A DNA stretch of 63,755 nt, filler included, from Squatina squatina (taxonomy: Eukaryota), in NCBI GenBank assembly GCA_031763465.1. It is 4 parts of 4 records of this genome, joined end to end, with 100 filler letters (N's around TTAATTAATTAA, not from the genome) between each part and the next. Parts side by side here need not be neighbours in the genome. Positions count along the whole stretch, not along the records: positions 35,195 to 47,696 come from JARFOE010000235.1; positions 47,797 to 63,755 come from JARFOE010000001.1; 2 more parts are not named here. One strand, 5' to 3'. Position numbers and translations under genes: made by a program. Within the stretch, counting starts at the first letter, position 1, and each line of letters starts with the position of its first letter. The notes beneath the pieces were generated by a model. That model did no database searches. It saw only the letters and a program-made list of their open reading frames with translations, and was not told where the DNA came from. This document shows, piece by piece, positions 36,839-50,157 of this stretch.

Positions 36839-37437
36839 GAATGACATGTCAAGCGAGGACCTCGTACACAGAAGATGAAGTTCTTTGGGGCCATAGGTTC
36901 CTTCCCGTCATGTCACTAGAAGAAGGCTTTTTCCGTGTAGATTATTCACAATTCCATTCCACTTTTGAGGTCCCCACTTCTCCCTATAGTGTAAAGGAAC
37001 AAGATGAGAAGCTGTCTCTTACATCACCCTGTGCCACTCCCTCCATCAGCAACAGCAAGAACAGGAAAGGGAGAATCTTCTCCTTGGACTGTATCGATAC
37101 CCTCGAGGAAAAGGGCAGCAAATTACCAGCCAAGCTTCAGAAAATGAGCACCTGCAAGGATGACATGCAAAGGAAAGTCCTAAGGATGACTGCAGATATA
37201 GGAGAAAAAACTTGCAGCACCGGGGACCTCCCTCTAAAACTGCAAAAGCTAAGTTCTATCCCCAGCGGTGTTGAGGAAAGACTCCCTCTGAAGGCTTTCA
37301 AAGTCAATTCGGAACCCATCACACAGTCAACTGGGGATCTGTCCCAGAGGGCACAAGGCCTGCAGCCCACAGGGTCACGAATGGAGGACAATTTGCCTGC
37401 CAAACTGAGGAAAATGAATTCTGATCGCCTCACCTAG
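36839..37437 (+). CDS. KCNJ3: G protein-gated inward rectifier K+ channel GIRK1/Kir3.1-type, terminal exon (KCNJ3 or a close paralog)
   Basis: TTTGCAG acceptor, then [20 protein letters not shown]...VDYSQFH.TFEVPT.PYSVKEQ...[14 protein letters not shown]-stop. Confidence 0.88.
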
Positions 37438-39662
37438 AAGCAGACAATATCAAATACGGCATGTTTCTTTCTAAAACTATCTAAAAATCAGAGACTTAAC
37501 GCCTTAAGTCAAGTGCAGTGGGCAGTNNNNNNNNNNNNNNNNNNNNNNNNNNNNNNNNNNNNNNNNNNNNNNNNNNNNNNNNNNNNNNNNNNNNNNNNNN
37601 NNNNNNNNNNNNNNNNNNNNNNNNNNTAATTTTGGAAAGAACCACATGTTTTTTTTTGCTGGTTACAGCAACCGCCCCTCCCACAAATCACAGAAAGATG
37701 CACCATGTTGATTAAATGTCATCACTAACTTCATAGGGAGATACATCACATTTGAAACCTATGGCATAAGATTTAAAAGACTGAATAGCATTAGCACTGA
37801 AACAATGAAAGCTTAATGAGTAAATTGGCAAAATAAAAGGATTTTCTTGCAACTGAGCGTTTCTCAGTTTGATTTAAAACCTGAGGGACCCTGAACAAAA
37901 TAAATAGCATTCTCTGATGGGTTCTTTCTGCCAATGTGTGACGGATATTAACAACTCTGGCACTTCTGTGATTACAGTTTGGCAGTAAACTCATTATTTT
38001 CTATAGCCTTAAGGTTACATTTCCAGAGTCTCAGGAAAGCTGATCAAACAAGAACTGTCAGATTTTATTCAGTGGCATTTCAATTCTGATACACTACTTA
38101 TGCATAAAATTACATTTAAAATGACAACTCCATAAATAAACAATGGGCAATATTAAAGTGATTTACCATAATTACATTTAACACCATATATTTTACATTC
38201 TAACTTCTAAACGTCAAAATTCAGGCAAAAAAGAGAATGCTTCATAGTAATGATGTATATTTGAACTTTACAAGCTTTCTTTTATAAAGTAAATGGGGCA
38301 GATCTTGACTTGGTGTGACAGTGAGTCGGCAGCCCATTTTGCATCTCACCCAATTTTTATTTCCGCTGAATCGCTATCACCCATTTTATGCTGTTGCACA
38401 CAGTCAAGATCTACCCCAATCTTTTTATTGCCATTTCTGCAAGTGGCTCTTCCTGCTGTGCAGCTTCTTTCCGTAAGGGGCTCAGATGATTTGCTCTTCT
38501 TCAGTGCTATTGATGTCACTTCATATTGATCCAGTAGAAAACACACTCTGTTCAAATGCCCAGTTCCATTTGGCCCAAATAAGTGTCAGGCCATCAAACT
38601 CAACCACAGATCTGTTCCATTAAAGTTGCTGTGAAAGTCAATAGGACAAGTGAATCCTTAGCTCAGTTCAGTTCCTATAATCTGCACTCATCCATAATGT
38701 CTAGTAGTCCTAGCCTCCTTCTCAGAGGAAATGTCCTGATTTATGGCATTGAAAAGCAATTGAGCATTGTTTTCCAGTTCCTGGGCTCAAGACAATTATN
38801 NNNNNNNNNNNNNNNNNNNNNNNNNNNNNNNNNNNNNNNNNNNNNNNNNNNNNNNNNNNNNNNNNNNNNNNNNNNNNNNNNNNNNNNNNNNNNNNNNNNT
38901 ATTTATTCTCTTTCTAAAGGTGGGATGATGAGGCATATTTGCATGAACATTTTTCAAAGCAACACCGTAGGAAAATTGCAGACTGGTGAATGTAGTGAAT
39001 TCACCTACCTCATTACCAACTAGACCACCCAATGCCCTAAACCCAACCTCTGCTCATAACAGCATATTGATGGCTGCAGATTCAATTTTTCTTTGTACAA
39101 ATATCATTTGAATGCATGAGAAAACTGGTACATAGCAAAAATAACAAGAAAGGAAATTACATTTTCCATTTTCAAAAACAAATTCTTCAAATTAATTTTT
39201 TATAAAGAGGAAATGGGCAATTTTATGCAAATAATATGGATTGCAGGAACATTATAAATCATAAAGCAAGAAAATAATAAGATTGTTCCCCAACACAGCA
39301 CATCACATCACAGCATTACTCTTTCCTCCCCCAGTTTAAGTTTTTATATTGCTGGATGCAGGCAAGCATCTCTTATCATCTCACTGTAATTGGTTGAATG
39401 CAACATTTTTGCTATCACTAGATCAAGTTAACTAGAAATGTGACTTAAAGCTAAGGGTCAAATTAAAATTGTTTTAGTCCAAGAACATTATAATGCAACA
39501 AAAAGTACCTTACATTGTATGGACATCTTTCACGATGAGTCGTAGGGTACGTTATTTTATAATTATAGGCATATCAGCAAAGAGCAATGGAGGAAATGTG
39601 ATGGGGAAAACATCACAGGGAATAAAGTGATGTGGAAAGTGCGCTTTAGATAGAAGACTTTT

Positions 39663-39914
39663 GTCAGCTGCAGCTCAGTGGGTAGCACTCTCAGCTTTTG
39701 GTCAGAAGGTTGTGGTTTCAAGTCTCAGTCCATGCACGTGAGTACAAAAATCTAGGCTGACACACCAGTGTAGTACTGAGAGAGCATTACACTGTTGGAG
39801 GTGCCATCTTTCAGATGAGACATTAAACCAAGATCCTCTCAGATGGACATAAAAGATCCCATGGCACTATGTTGAAAAAGAGCAGGTGCAATTTGGCTGC
39901 CACATTTCCTACAT
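39663..39914 (+). mobile_element. Deu-domain SINE with Pol III A/B boxes
   Basis: CAGCTCAGTGG (A box), GGTTTCAAGTC (B box), then AAAAGATCCCATGGCAC core. Confidence 0.82.
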
Positions 39915-41711
39915 NNNNNNNNNNNNNNNNNNNNNNNNNNNNNNNNNNNNNNNNNNNNNNNNNNNNNNNNNNNNNNNNNNNNNNNNNNNNNNNNNNNNNN
40001 NNNNNNNNNNNNNNCTATACCTCCAGTACATTCTGCTAGATTAGTTTATTAAACAAATTTAAGTGACGATTTTCAGAACTTGTGATTTGCAAACATTGGT
40101 CCTTTCATTACCTGAGAAAAACTCTGGAACATTTCTCAGCATTGTTAGAATTTGTTTGTCAGACCTCTTGCTATGACTTCAAATTTACAAACACTCGATG
40201 GTGTAAAGTCGAAGTCCCCTTCATACCCCATCAGGCAATGTCATATTTTTAACATAAATGCAGATGTGAAACCTTCTTTTCAAATACTAAGCACATGGGT
40301 CTGATCAGTCAGGATTCATATATGAGAGAAGAATTCAATTTCAGGAATCAATGGGCTACATGCTGTCAGTTTGTGTAAAATGGGTATGTATGGTGTTTGG
40401 TGTATGACCGAGTTCACTGATTCAAATTATCCTCTGCTGTATTACCTTTCAAGCTGCCTTAGGAAATCAGTGCATGAAACATCACATTCTGTCAACAAAA
40501 ACTCACATCAGTAATGTGTGAATAATTAGAAAGAATCATCAAGTTTCCATTGCATTTTTTTACAAATGGCTGAGTCTGTATTTACATACAGTTTTGTGCA
40601 GCCTCAGTAATTCATGTAATATTCTCAGAGTGAGTTTGACAAGTAAACGTAGAAATTTCTCCAAATTAGGTATCAAAATATGATTTTCTGTCATCTTGAA
40701 TGGACATTATCTTTGCCTTTGAATTGATATAGGCTGGAGTTATGGAGTATTAAATATCATACTTCTGGTCTAAACTAGAAAGGTTCAGGGCTCTGATGTG
40801 ATGGAGGAGTTGAATGTTTCCTCAGTGCTAACGAAAGGCACTTCCACTATTGTTTGAATGAACCACATAAAAATTGAGCTCTCTTTCTCAGTAATCCTCC
40901 TATCTCCAATTGTGGGTACCACATTGTCAGTAAAGATAGAAATTTACATAGAGCTTTAGCGGACAATAAAGGGAAATCTAGGTGAGACCCTGCATTTATT
41001 TTCTTAAGGTTTCCTCATAAATTATTACCAGTCTGAAAACAAAATTGTTGAACAGCAAATCATCAAGAAGAATGCAGCAGAAAACAGGAGGTCATAAACA
41101 GGTGCAGAAAATGGTAAAATTGAGTACCAGACCTCATTCCAGCTTTCTGTTACTGCAACTAAGAGTCCCTTTAAATACCGCTAGTAATGGCCACCTCCTA
41201 ATTTGAGGAACTAGCAGTACAAATGTGGGTAAAGGTGAAAATGGCATTGGCATCCTAACTGTGTCATTTGACCATGATATGCATATATTAATGAGGTCCC
41301 TGCCTAGTTTCTGACAGAAGTTCTAGCTGTCTAAATTATGGTCTCCTTAAAAATTAGAACAGGTAGACCTCCAGCGATAAGTTGGAGGACAAAGATTGGT
41401 CCGCTAAGCTATGCATCACAGTTCTCTTCAGCAGAGCCAGGCTACAACCTTGCTCTCCTGCAAAACACTTCCTGGGAGATCCTCTCCACTTGCCCCTGCT
41501 CCTGCTCACTAGTGTTCTGTGAATTAACCTCTGCAGATCACTTCAATGCATTAACTATATACCACATGAGGTATTGATTTCAATGCTGGTGCTTGGATGG
41601 GTAAAAGCAAGTGATAGTGCATCTTCAGGAGGGTTGTCACCTTCTGTCTTTGCAGTTGTGGGTTCAGAGTCAACTGAAAGACCATGGAAAAAGGGCTGAT
41701 GGACAGGGGTT

Positions 41712-41922
41712 AAGAACATAATAAGAACATAAGAAATAGGAGCAAGGGTAGGCCATTCGGTCCCTTGAGCCTGCTCCGCTATTCAATGAGATCATGGCTG
41801 ATCTGATTTTGACCTCAACTCCAGTTTTCCTGCCTATTCCCCATAACCCTTGACTCCCCTGGAGTTCAAAAATCTGTCTATTTCAGCCTTGAATATATTT
41901 AATGACTCAGCCTCCACAGCTT
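41712..41922 (-). mobile_element. CR1 3' end
   Basis: AVEAESLNIFKAEIDRFL...GVKGYGE and a TAAGAACA-repeat tail. Confidence 0.88.
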
Positions 41923-42939
41923 NNNNNNNNNNNNNNNNNNNNNNNNNNNNNNNNNNNNNNNNNNNNNNNNNNNNNNNNNNNNNNNNNNNNNNNNNNNNNN
42001 NNNNNNNNNNNNNNNNNNNNNNCTCCCAAAACCCATCTGGAGTTAAAATTGGGGCCATTTCATTCGGTATTAAAAAAAATAGCCCTCTGAACTGAGGAAC
42101 TAAACAGATTTACTATGATGCCGGCTTTATTTTCCTTTCCCTGCTATGCTTCGCAATCCTTTTTGTGGGGGCCTTTGATGCAATAGATGATTAAATCATC
42201 GACACTTACCAGACACAATGAAATGTGTGTTGCAATCACACAAGATTCCCTATTATGCCATCAACATCCACTCTTCCCAGCAAATGCAGGACATCAGTTT
42301 TCAATACCAGCTTTAAATGCAGATGAAATCAGGTTCCTACAAGAGGAAAAATTGTATTAAGTGCATTGGATTCCTTAGAGGATGTGGGTGGATCAATTTA
42401 GGAGCAATGTAGTCACACACAAAATAGGGCAAATCGATCAAAAATAAAATGAAATATTAAAACAGAAGAGGGTTCTAACTAAATTACCCAGGTCAAGTAT
42501 TATTGTAAACTAATACAGCAGAAAATAGTCCAGCAAAAACATTTAAGCCCTCAGATGCAAAAATTCTGGCCTCGGTCTTCCTTGATTCGTTAAAATAGTC
42601 GGTAGAAAAGAATGGCATTGCCTAATTAATTAGAATGGTTTTTAATGGGATCCATAGATTTTTATTAAGTAAGGGTATGAAGTGAAGGCAGATAAATTAA
42701 GTTGGGGTGCAAATCAGCCATAATTTTAATTGAATAGCAGAGCAGGATTGAGGGACTGAATGGGCTACTCCTATACCTATGTTTCACTAGAAAGCATTTT
42801 CTGAATTTGAATTCAAATAATTTTCACTTTGGATTTACTTAGTTTGTATAACATTCATTGAAGTATTGAAGCTTTGTGTTTCTGGAGCTGAGGTATACTG
42901 TGTTAAAATACACAGATATACACTGAGGAAGGTTGACCA

Positions 42940-43125
42940 AGGGGTCTCCGATGGCTTGGTGGGTAAATGCATAATCTCGGATGGCAATAAGCTGCACACA
43001 CTAGAAGGCCCCAGATTTGACCCTCAATCTGTATTGGATTAGCTGATCTCAAACACAGTGCTATAGTTGGCCATAATGCCTATAGGTTAGGGAGGAGAAA
43101 AACAGGACTCCTGCCTCTGATCACA
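42940..43125 (+). mobile_element. Second tRNA-derived SINE family, fragment
   Basis: tRNA-like head (TGGCTTGGTGGG...GATTTGACCC) followed by TTAGCTGATCTC. Family not identified. Confidence 0.45.
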
Positions 43126-43143
43126 ATTTATATTAATGATTTA

Positions 43144-43277
43144 GGGCACCCAATTTGACCTCCCTGAGTTACTGGTGCTAACAGATGAATTGTTGAGTGC
43201 AAAGTTCTGGTTTCAGCGCTGCCCCTTTAAGCCATGCAATTCGGGACTTTGAAAATTTTTGACAGTTTTAAAAATTG
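43144..43277 (+). mobile_element. Harbinger-type left terminus
   Basis: TTA|GGGCACCCAATT...TGAGTTACTGGTGCTAA...CTTTGAAAA, homologous to the termini at 15910 and 62598. Confidence 0.6.
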
Positions 43278-45214
43278 NNNNNNNNNNNNNNNNNNNNNNN
43301 NNNNNNNNNNNNNNNNNNNNNNNNNNNNNNNNNNNNNNNNNNNNNNNNNNNNNNNNNNNNNNNNNNNNNNNNNNNNNTACTCTGAGTGTTGGATAAATAG
43401 GTTTCAGCTAAGTGATATCTTCTCATTTAGCTAGAGAATTGCGATTTCCAGAAAAGCTGATTAATGAAATTGATTCAAGCTTGACCGAGGAGCTTTAATG
43501 GAAGGATTCATGGTTCTGAAGAGCTGAATGTCATTTTTCCACAAGGCTGATTTTCAGTGAGAAATGATTTCTACAGTAACGATTCATTTTATGCTGAAAA
43601 TAATTAGGCATGGCAGAATAGATTCCAATTTAATTTATAGTCTGCTTTCTCTTTACTTATATTAAATCAGCCATTAAATGAATTTCTTCATCATTGGGAA
43701 TAGGCAAGATTTTATTAAAACTGGCTATTTTCACCATGTAAAAAGTAACATTAGAGCTGCACAGTTTATTGCTAGAAAATACAGAAGATAGGACTAATCA
43801 CCAATTTTTTCCAACGTCCATTTTCTCTCATTCCCGAAGGTGCTCACTCATCCTGGGCTATGTTTCGGAAAGAAATACTTACGTTAGAGCATCTTGTCAT
43901 ATCTTTCAGAAGCATCTTGAAAAGCTTTACATACGATGAATGATTTTGCAGTGCCGTAACTGTTACCATGGAGGCAAATGCACCAGCTGTTTCTGCACAG
44001 CAAGATCCCACAAACAGGCATGAGACCTGCTAATCTATTTTTCAGTTCAGATAGGGAGGTTGCTGGCCAGGACATTGACGATTTCCTGTTCTTCTTTATA
44101 TGGTGCTGTAAGATCGTTAACATCCAGATAGTCAGAATCACATCCATTAAAGCAGCACCCCCCTCAGTGTTGCATTGGAGTATTAGTCCAAATTCAGCGT
44201 TCATATCCTGGAGAATGGCGTAGAAACATAGAAACATAGAAAATAGGTGCAGGAGTAGGCCATTCGGCCCTTCGAGCCTGCACCGCCATTCAATATNNNN
44301 NNNNNNNNNNNNNNNNNNNNNNNNNNNNNNNNNNNNNNNNNNNNNNNNNNNNNNNNNNNNNNNNNNNNNNNNNNNNNNNNNNNNNNNNNNNNNNNNCATT
44401 ACAGGATCTCAATTTCGGCCCCATTATCTGGTCATTACCACACTGCTGTTTGTGGGACCTTGCTGTGCGCAAATTGGCTGCTGCATTTCCTACGTTACAA
44501 CAGTGACTACATTGGCTGTATAGTGCTCTGGGACTTTCTTTCATGAGTGGCTGTTGCAGAGCACGAGCAAATCAGAGCTTGCAAACATATTAGAACCGAA
44601 AGCATGTTATTTTTCATCAAAACTAGAGAAATACAGAAGGTTAGTGACATTGCTATCAGTTTAAGTTTGCATTTCAAGTGGCTCAGTCAATGCTACTCTA
44701 TCACTTAAGTCTCACTGCAATGTTTTAGAAACTTGATACTTAAATTCCCTGAGGTTGCCTACTTGACAGATTTACTGTTTTCTTTCAATGCTGTATCGGT
44801 CCCCACATCTGTGGTCATTTGCTTTGTTCCATCAGAAGAATTAACTTTCATCTAAACCTCAAGTCCCCGGTGAAATGTCGACTGCAGCTCTCTGCAAACA
44901 AAGCCTTGAAATTTCACGGCAGCAATGAAACAGGTTCTTAACTATTGTATGTTAGATTCTGGTTATCACCCCCAGAGCACATTGCAGTTTTAAAATCATT
45001 GCTTATGTATGTGTCCTTTCCTATCAATAAAACACAGTGTTGCTCATTTGTTATCTTCAATTAAAATGCTTTGCAGCGGTTCAAGACCCTTATAAAAGGA
45101 TTTCAAGGTACCCGAACTCTTGTTGTTATGAAGATAAATAGCCATTAACCAGACAGAAAACAAGAGAAACCTTAATCTTTTGAACATTCATATTTAGACA
45201 AGAGCAGCTTATTA

Positions 45215-45700
45215 CAGTTGTGAATATGGACTTTCAAAAGGCATTTAATAATGTACCACATATTAGGCTTGTTAGCAAAATTGAAGCCCATGGAATAAAA
45301 GGGACAGTAACAGCATGGATACAAAATTAACTAAGGGACAGAAAACAGAGAGTTGTGGAGAGTGGCGTTCCCCAGGGTTCAGTACTAGGATCACTGCTGC
45401 TTTTGATATACTTCAATGACTCAGACTTGGGGGTGCAGGACACAATTTTGAAATTTGCAGATGATACTTGGAAGTGTAGTAAACAGTGAGGAAGATAGTA
45501 ATAGATTTCAAGAGGACTAGTGGAACGGACGGAACATGACATGAAATTCAAGGCAGTAAAGTGTGGGGGGATACATTTTGGTAGGGAGAATGAGGAGGGA
45601 CGACATGAGTTAAATGGTACAATTATACAGAGAGACCTGGGGTGTTTGTGCACAAATCTTTGAAGGTGACAGGACAGGTTAATAAAGCAGTAAATAAAAC
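45215..45700 (+). mobile_element. CR1 RT fragment with internal deletions
   Basis: MDFQKAFNNVPH...SGVPQGSVLG...KFADDT motifs. Confidence 0.88.
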
Positions 45701-47196
45701 CGATAGGGGGTGAAATTCCCCCTCCTCCCTTCCCACTGGCCAGGGCNNNNNNNNNNNNNNNNNNNNNNNNNNNNNNNNNNNNNNNNNNNNNNNNNNNNNN
45801 NNNNNNNNNNNNNNNNNNNNNNNNNNNNNNNNNNNNNNNNNNNNNNTACCTGGGGCCTTGCATGTGACTTCTCCAGCCTCTTCAGTTTGACTTGCCCGGG
45901 AAACTAGAGAGCCCCACTCCGAATCTCCAACTCGGGCGGTGGGGGGGCTGGATATCGCAAGCTCCCATGGATCCAGGACCCTTAGGTAAGTACGTAAGGG
46001 AAATTGCAATCAGAGGCACCCACACGCATGAAGCCTCCGATCGCAATTTCAGACCCAATATGTTGTTTAGAGATCATTACGAGAATGTGGCGATACCCCA
46101 CTGATGCCCATATGGTGGCACTGCATATCCAAGTAGGTAGTCTGGAGACTTCCATTTGAGGCCAGGTGGCAATACAGTGGGATGCCTGTAATGATTGACA
46201 GTAATGAGCTGTGCACTCCAGGTAAAAGGTGGATAGAGATTTGTATTCTGGTAAATATATTTCCAGTTATGTAATTTTATAAAATTATTAACAAAGCACA
46301 CATGGTCACAATTCATAATAGCACATTATGTTGTTATGAATCTCCTGTATAATTCATTTTGTTCCTTGCTCCCAGCTGAAGTTCCATTACAGTTACCGGG
46401 GAGGTTGGACCTTAATACGATAAACCTTCACAAATGAAAATGACTTTTGGACCCCAGGGTTCGATCTGACTGTACGGTGGTTATAAAAAGTCCTTTTGGT
46501 GGGTTATGAATGTGATTCCAAATTACACAAATTAAGTTCTGCTGCTACTGATTCCATATTGATATCTGTAGAGTATGATGGACGTTTGCTAAACCAGAGT
46601 TATACTGCTGACTGCACATCACTCAAAGTCGCACTGAGGACACCAACATGTGCAGTGCTCTGCTCCTCCAAGGGTTAATTTTTATTGTTAATAGAGCAGT
46701 AGAGGGATTGTGCCCTTCCTCATGAAGTAAAAAACATTGATAAGCAAGGTTATAAAGTGCTGGTCCAACACAATGCCGAAGCACTTCCAAAGTGTGACAT
46801 TGCACGAATCTGGAGTAATACTGCAACAGACGCAAACTTAAACTGGTGTGAGATGGAGGATGTTTCGCATCGCTTGACTTTAACATGCTCAGGGGTCAGG
46901 TCAGGACCTGGGTTATACTATCACTGCCATGCTCACACAGCTGAAACTGTGTTTCATCAATGTGAAAGTTGTAGTATATCTGTACCCTAAAAAACAACCC
47001 TTCTTTAAATGTTCAGAATGTTTCTTTTATTTTTTATTATCTCTTTNNNNNNNNNNNNNNNNNNNNNNNNNNNNNNNNNNNNNNNNNNNNNNNNNNNNNN
47101 NNNNNNNNNNNNNNNNNNNNNNNNNNNNNNNNNNNNNNNNNNNNNNCCGTGTGCTGTAAGTTTGCACACTAATCTCTTATGTAACTGGAAGCCGGT

Positions 47197-47290
47197 ACCG
47201 GGGTTTTTGTTTAGTTTTGGTTTAATGTTTATTAGTTTAAAGTTTTAATTGTTAATTAATTAGTCTTTTAATTGGATTGCTCCAAAAAGA
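47197..47290 (+). mobile_element. Tx1-clade element, 3' UTR-only copy between perfect 16-bp direct repeats
   Basis: ACCGGGGTTTTTGTTTA...TGTTAATTAATT...CTCCAAAAAGA is homologous to the 3' UTR at 15509-15593. GTAACTGGAAGCCGGT occurs at 47181 and 47291. Confidence 0.8.
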
Positions 47291-47306
47291 GTAACTGGAA
47301 GCCGGT

Positions 47307-47696
47307 TCCTCCGGGAATATCCCTCCGTGCCCTTTAGTTCCGCGCAGAGGGATTCCTGTACGGGCTGTTCCTGCACACCTTCCACTTTGCCATCCTCGCC
47401 TACTGTCTAGACACACCTTGGCGTACCATAATTCCGTCCAGAGAGGTGAGGGTCCTCAGTGGAGGTCTCTCTATGCGGGAGTCCTCCCATGCTCCATCGA
47501 CACTTGGCCTGAAGGGTGTTGCACAGAGCAGTCCCGTGCAATCGGTTTTTAAGTTGGTTCACGGGCTCCCAGGCCGCCTGCCATTTCTGCGGCCTTGAGG
47601 AGTCCATGTTCCATGTTTATTTTGGGTGTGTGAGGTTGCAATCCCTGTTTCATTATTTAAAGGGGCTGCTCCTCAAGTTTTGGTTGCACTTCAGTC
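47307..47696 (+). mobile_element. Tx1-clade retrotransposon ORF2 C-terminal zinc-finger region (degenerate, 5'-truncated)
   Basis: DTPW...PQWRSLYAGVLP...RVLHRAVPCNRFLSWFTGSQAACHFCGLEESMFHVYFGC (CxxC...H...C, zf-RVT type). Confidence 0.88.
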
Positions 47697-47740
47697 NNNN
47701 NNNNNNNNNNNNNNNNNNNNNNNNNNNNNNNNNNNNNNNN

Positions 47741-47752
47741 TTAATTAATTAA
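47741..47752. other. Artificial scaffold linker TTAATTAATTAA
   Basis: Centred in an N spacer. Confidence 0.95.
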
Positions 47753-50157
47753 NNNNNNNNNNNNNNNNNNNNNNNNNNNNNNNNNNNNNNNNNNNNCCTT
47801 TCACGACCATCGGACGTCTCAAAGCGCTTTACAGCCAATTAAGTACTTTTGGAGTGTAGTCACTGTTGTAATTTGGGAAATGAGGATGCTGGGTTATATT
47901 ATCAAAATAATGGAGTTAAAATCCTTTGCGTCATGTGAAGCCTTACAGTGCATTGTTAAATCTACACCAAAACGCTGCATTCTGTCATGGCCTATCAGGC
48001 TCCAAAGGCAGTGCAGAACAGAGCAGCAACAAGGCTGATCTCACTGAAAGGAAAAGTATGAAGAACTTAGTAAGCTGGGGCTCTTGTCCTTCCAAAAGAT
48101 ACATTTCAGAAGGACCTTATTGTGGCATAAAAGATAAGAGGAAATAAATCAAAAATAGTACTGTCAGATCCACCAAGAAACCAGGAACAGATTTAGGGCT
48201 GTAAAGGGTAAATGCATTTATACAAAGGGTGATCAAAAGCTGGAAGAGGTTGCGAGTAAGGATAGTTGAAGCCAGGACTTAGGATTCTGTAAGGGTTGGC
48301 ATTCTGGAATGATGGGATCATATGGAATAAATCAGTTTCCATTGATTAGCACATAATAGACAATAAACCTAAAATGGTTGCAGAGAATATTTTGTATATG
48401 TGTAGATTATGTGATTTTGCGGATTACATTACTTGTTCCAATAATTCTCCCATTAGAAAATACAACTGCATAAAATGTGAAGTTCTCCTTTATTTTTTTA
48501 AATTGACACTCTAATTGTTTAATTTTCTAAAACATTAGCAAAGAAAATAAGTGAAGCAAAATATTAATCATCTCCCTCAGAGAATTACATCTTAATTTAG
48601 AATAAAGTATACACAAATAAGAATTAAACTATTCATGTTGCTCTCAGTATGGTACAGATAAAAACTTTTGGGAGAATTACTTACTTAGGATACAAAATTT
48701 TACTGAGCTAAACCTCATAATGAAGAAACTGAAAATTAACTTGCTGGTGTGTACTAAAATTTGATTACTTCCACGCTATTTTCATTCTCCAAAGGTTCTT
48801 CATTTAACATTAATATTCTCCTACTAGATCAAGATTGAGGAATAAGTATTGCCTGTGATTATTCCACATAGCTTTAAAAATTCAAGAAGGAACAAAGACG
48901 GATTCAGCCTTCATTGATGGAATCAGCACTTTGCCAGTGTGGTTGAAAGCATTTGATGGAAGTCGTACATGCAGTAAGAGAATAACAAATGTTTCATCTA
49001 TTATATTTTACTTTTTTAGTGCTTTTTCTAAAAGTACTTTCAAAAAGACTCAGAACATTTCTCTTTGTAATTCTCAGAACATTTCTGCTAAACAAGAAGG
49101 GCATTCTGGAGGGGGCGGGTGAACAGCCAGTTGTCGTGGNNNNNNNNNNNNNNNNNNNNNNNNNNNNNNNNNNNNNNNNNNNNNNNNNNNNNNNNNNNNN
49201 NNNNNNNNNNNNNNNNNNNNNNNNNNNNNNNNNNNNNNNGATCCAGCCAGCGCTACACTCGACATTGGGCAGCGCTGCACCGCTACTGCCCCACGTGCCG
49301 GCTTTAGCGCTCCAAGGGAAATGGTAGCGCTTGATTTAGTGCTCCACTTCCTTCCTCGAGCGCTAACACAGAAGTTTGCGTCAGCTTCACTTGCGTAGCG
49401 CCCGCCGATACTTTTGCGTTCCCCAAAAGTTAGCACCCCAAATGGGGCACTCCGCAATTTCTAGCCCAACATCTCTTTTCCAGAGAAAAGCGCCCCAGCC
49501 TGTTCGATCTTTCCCTGCTAGTTACATCCTCTCAATTCTGGCAACCTTATCATTATTTTCTGCACTTTCTCCAGTGCTTCTATCTCCTTTTTAATGCGTG
49601 GGGACCAGAACTGTGGGCAGATGCTTCCAGTGTGGTCTAACCAAGGTTTCGTACGGACTCAATGTTGCCTCCCTACTTTTGTATTCTCATAGAAATGAAC
49701 CCCAATTCCAGTCCTTGAAACAAACAAGAGCAAACTGTTGGAGGAGATAATGGGACTGCTGCCTATTGAAACGTGTTTGAGAAATGCATTCATTCGGCCA
49801 AGGCCAACCCACTCTTCAGCAAGAGACACAACAAAGGAGAAACGCACACTATTGGCAGAGAAAAAACTGGAGATAGTTCATCATTGTTTCTGGATTTAAT
49901 TATAAAATCAAACGCTCATTGTTAGCTGCTCAATGCCTTGGTGCGTTTAACTCAACTTAACAGAACTGAAAGCGTCTGGGATCAAACCTAATCTGTGCTG
50001 CATTACCTGATCTTAGGTTGCTTTTGCATTGGTTTCATTTGATTACGGTGCTACCAGCTGCAAGACGCATGGCTCTTCCATGGCTGACGGCATCCATAAG
50101 CATTCCTTGAGGCAAGTACATGGAAAAACCCGTTTGCACTAAACCAATAGGAAACGC

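Noticed and set aside
39663-39735. tRNA-like sequence
   Set aside because: Degenerate A/B boxes lead directly into a SINE body, so this is a SINE head and not a tRNA gene.
46730-46990. Cys/His-containing ORF
   Set aside because: No splice signals or known domain spacing; consistent with chance.
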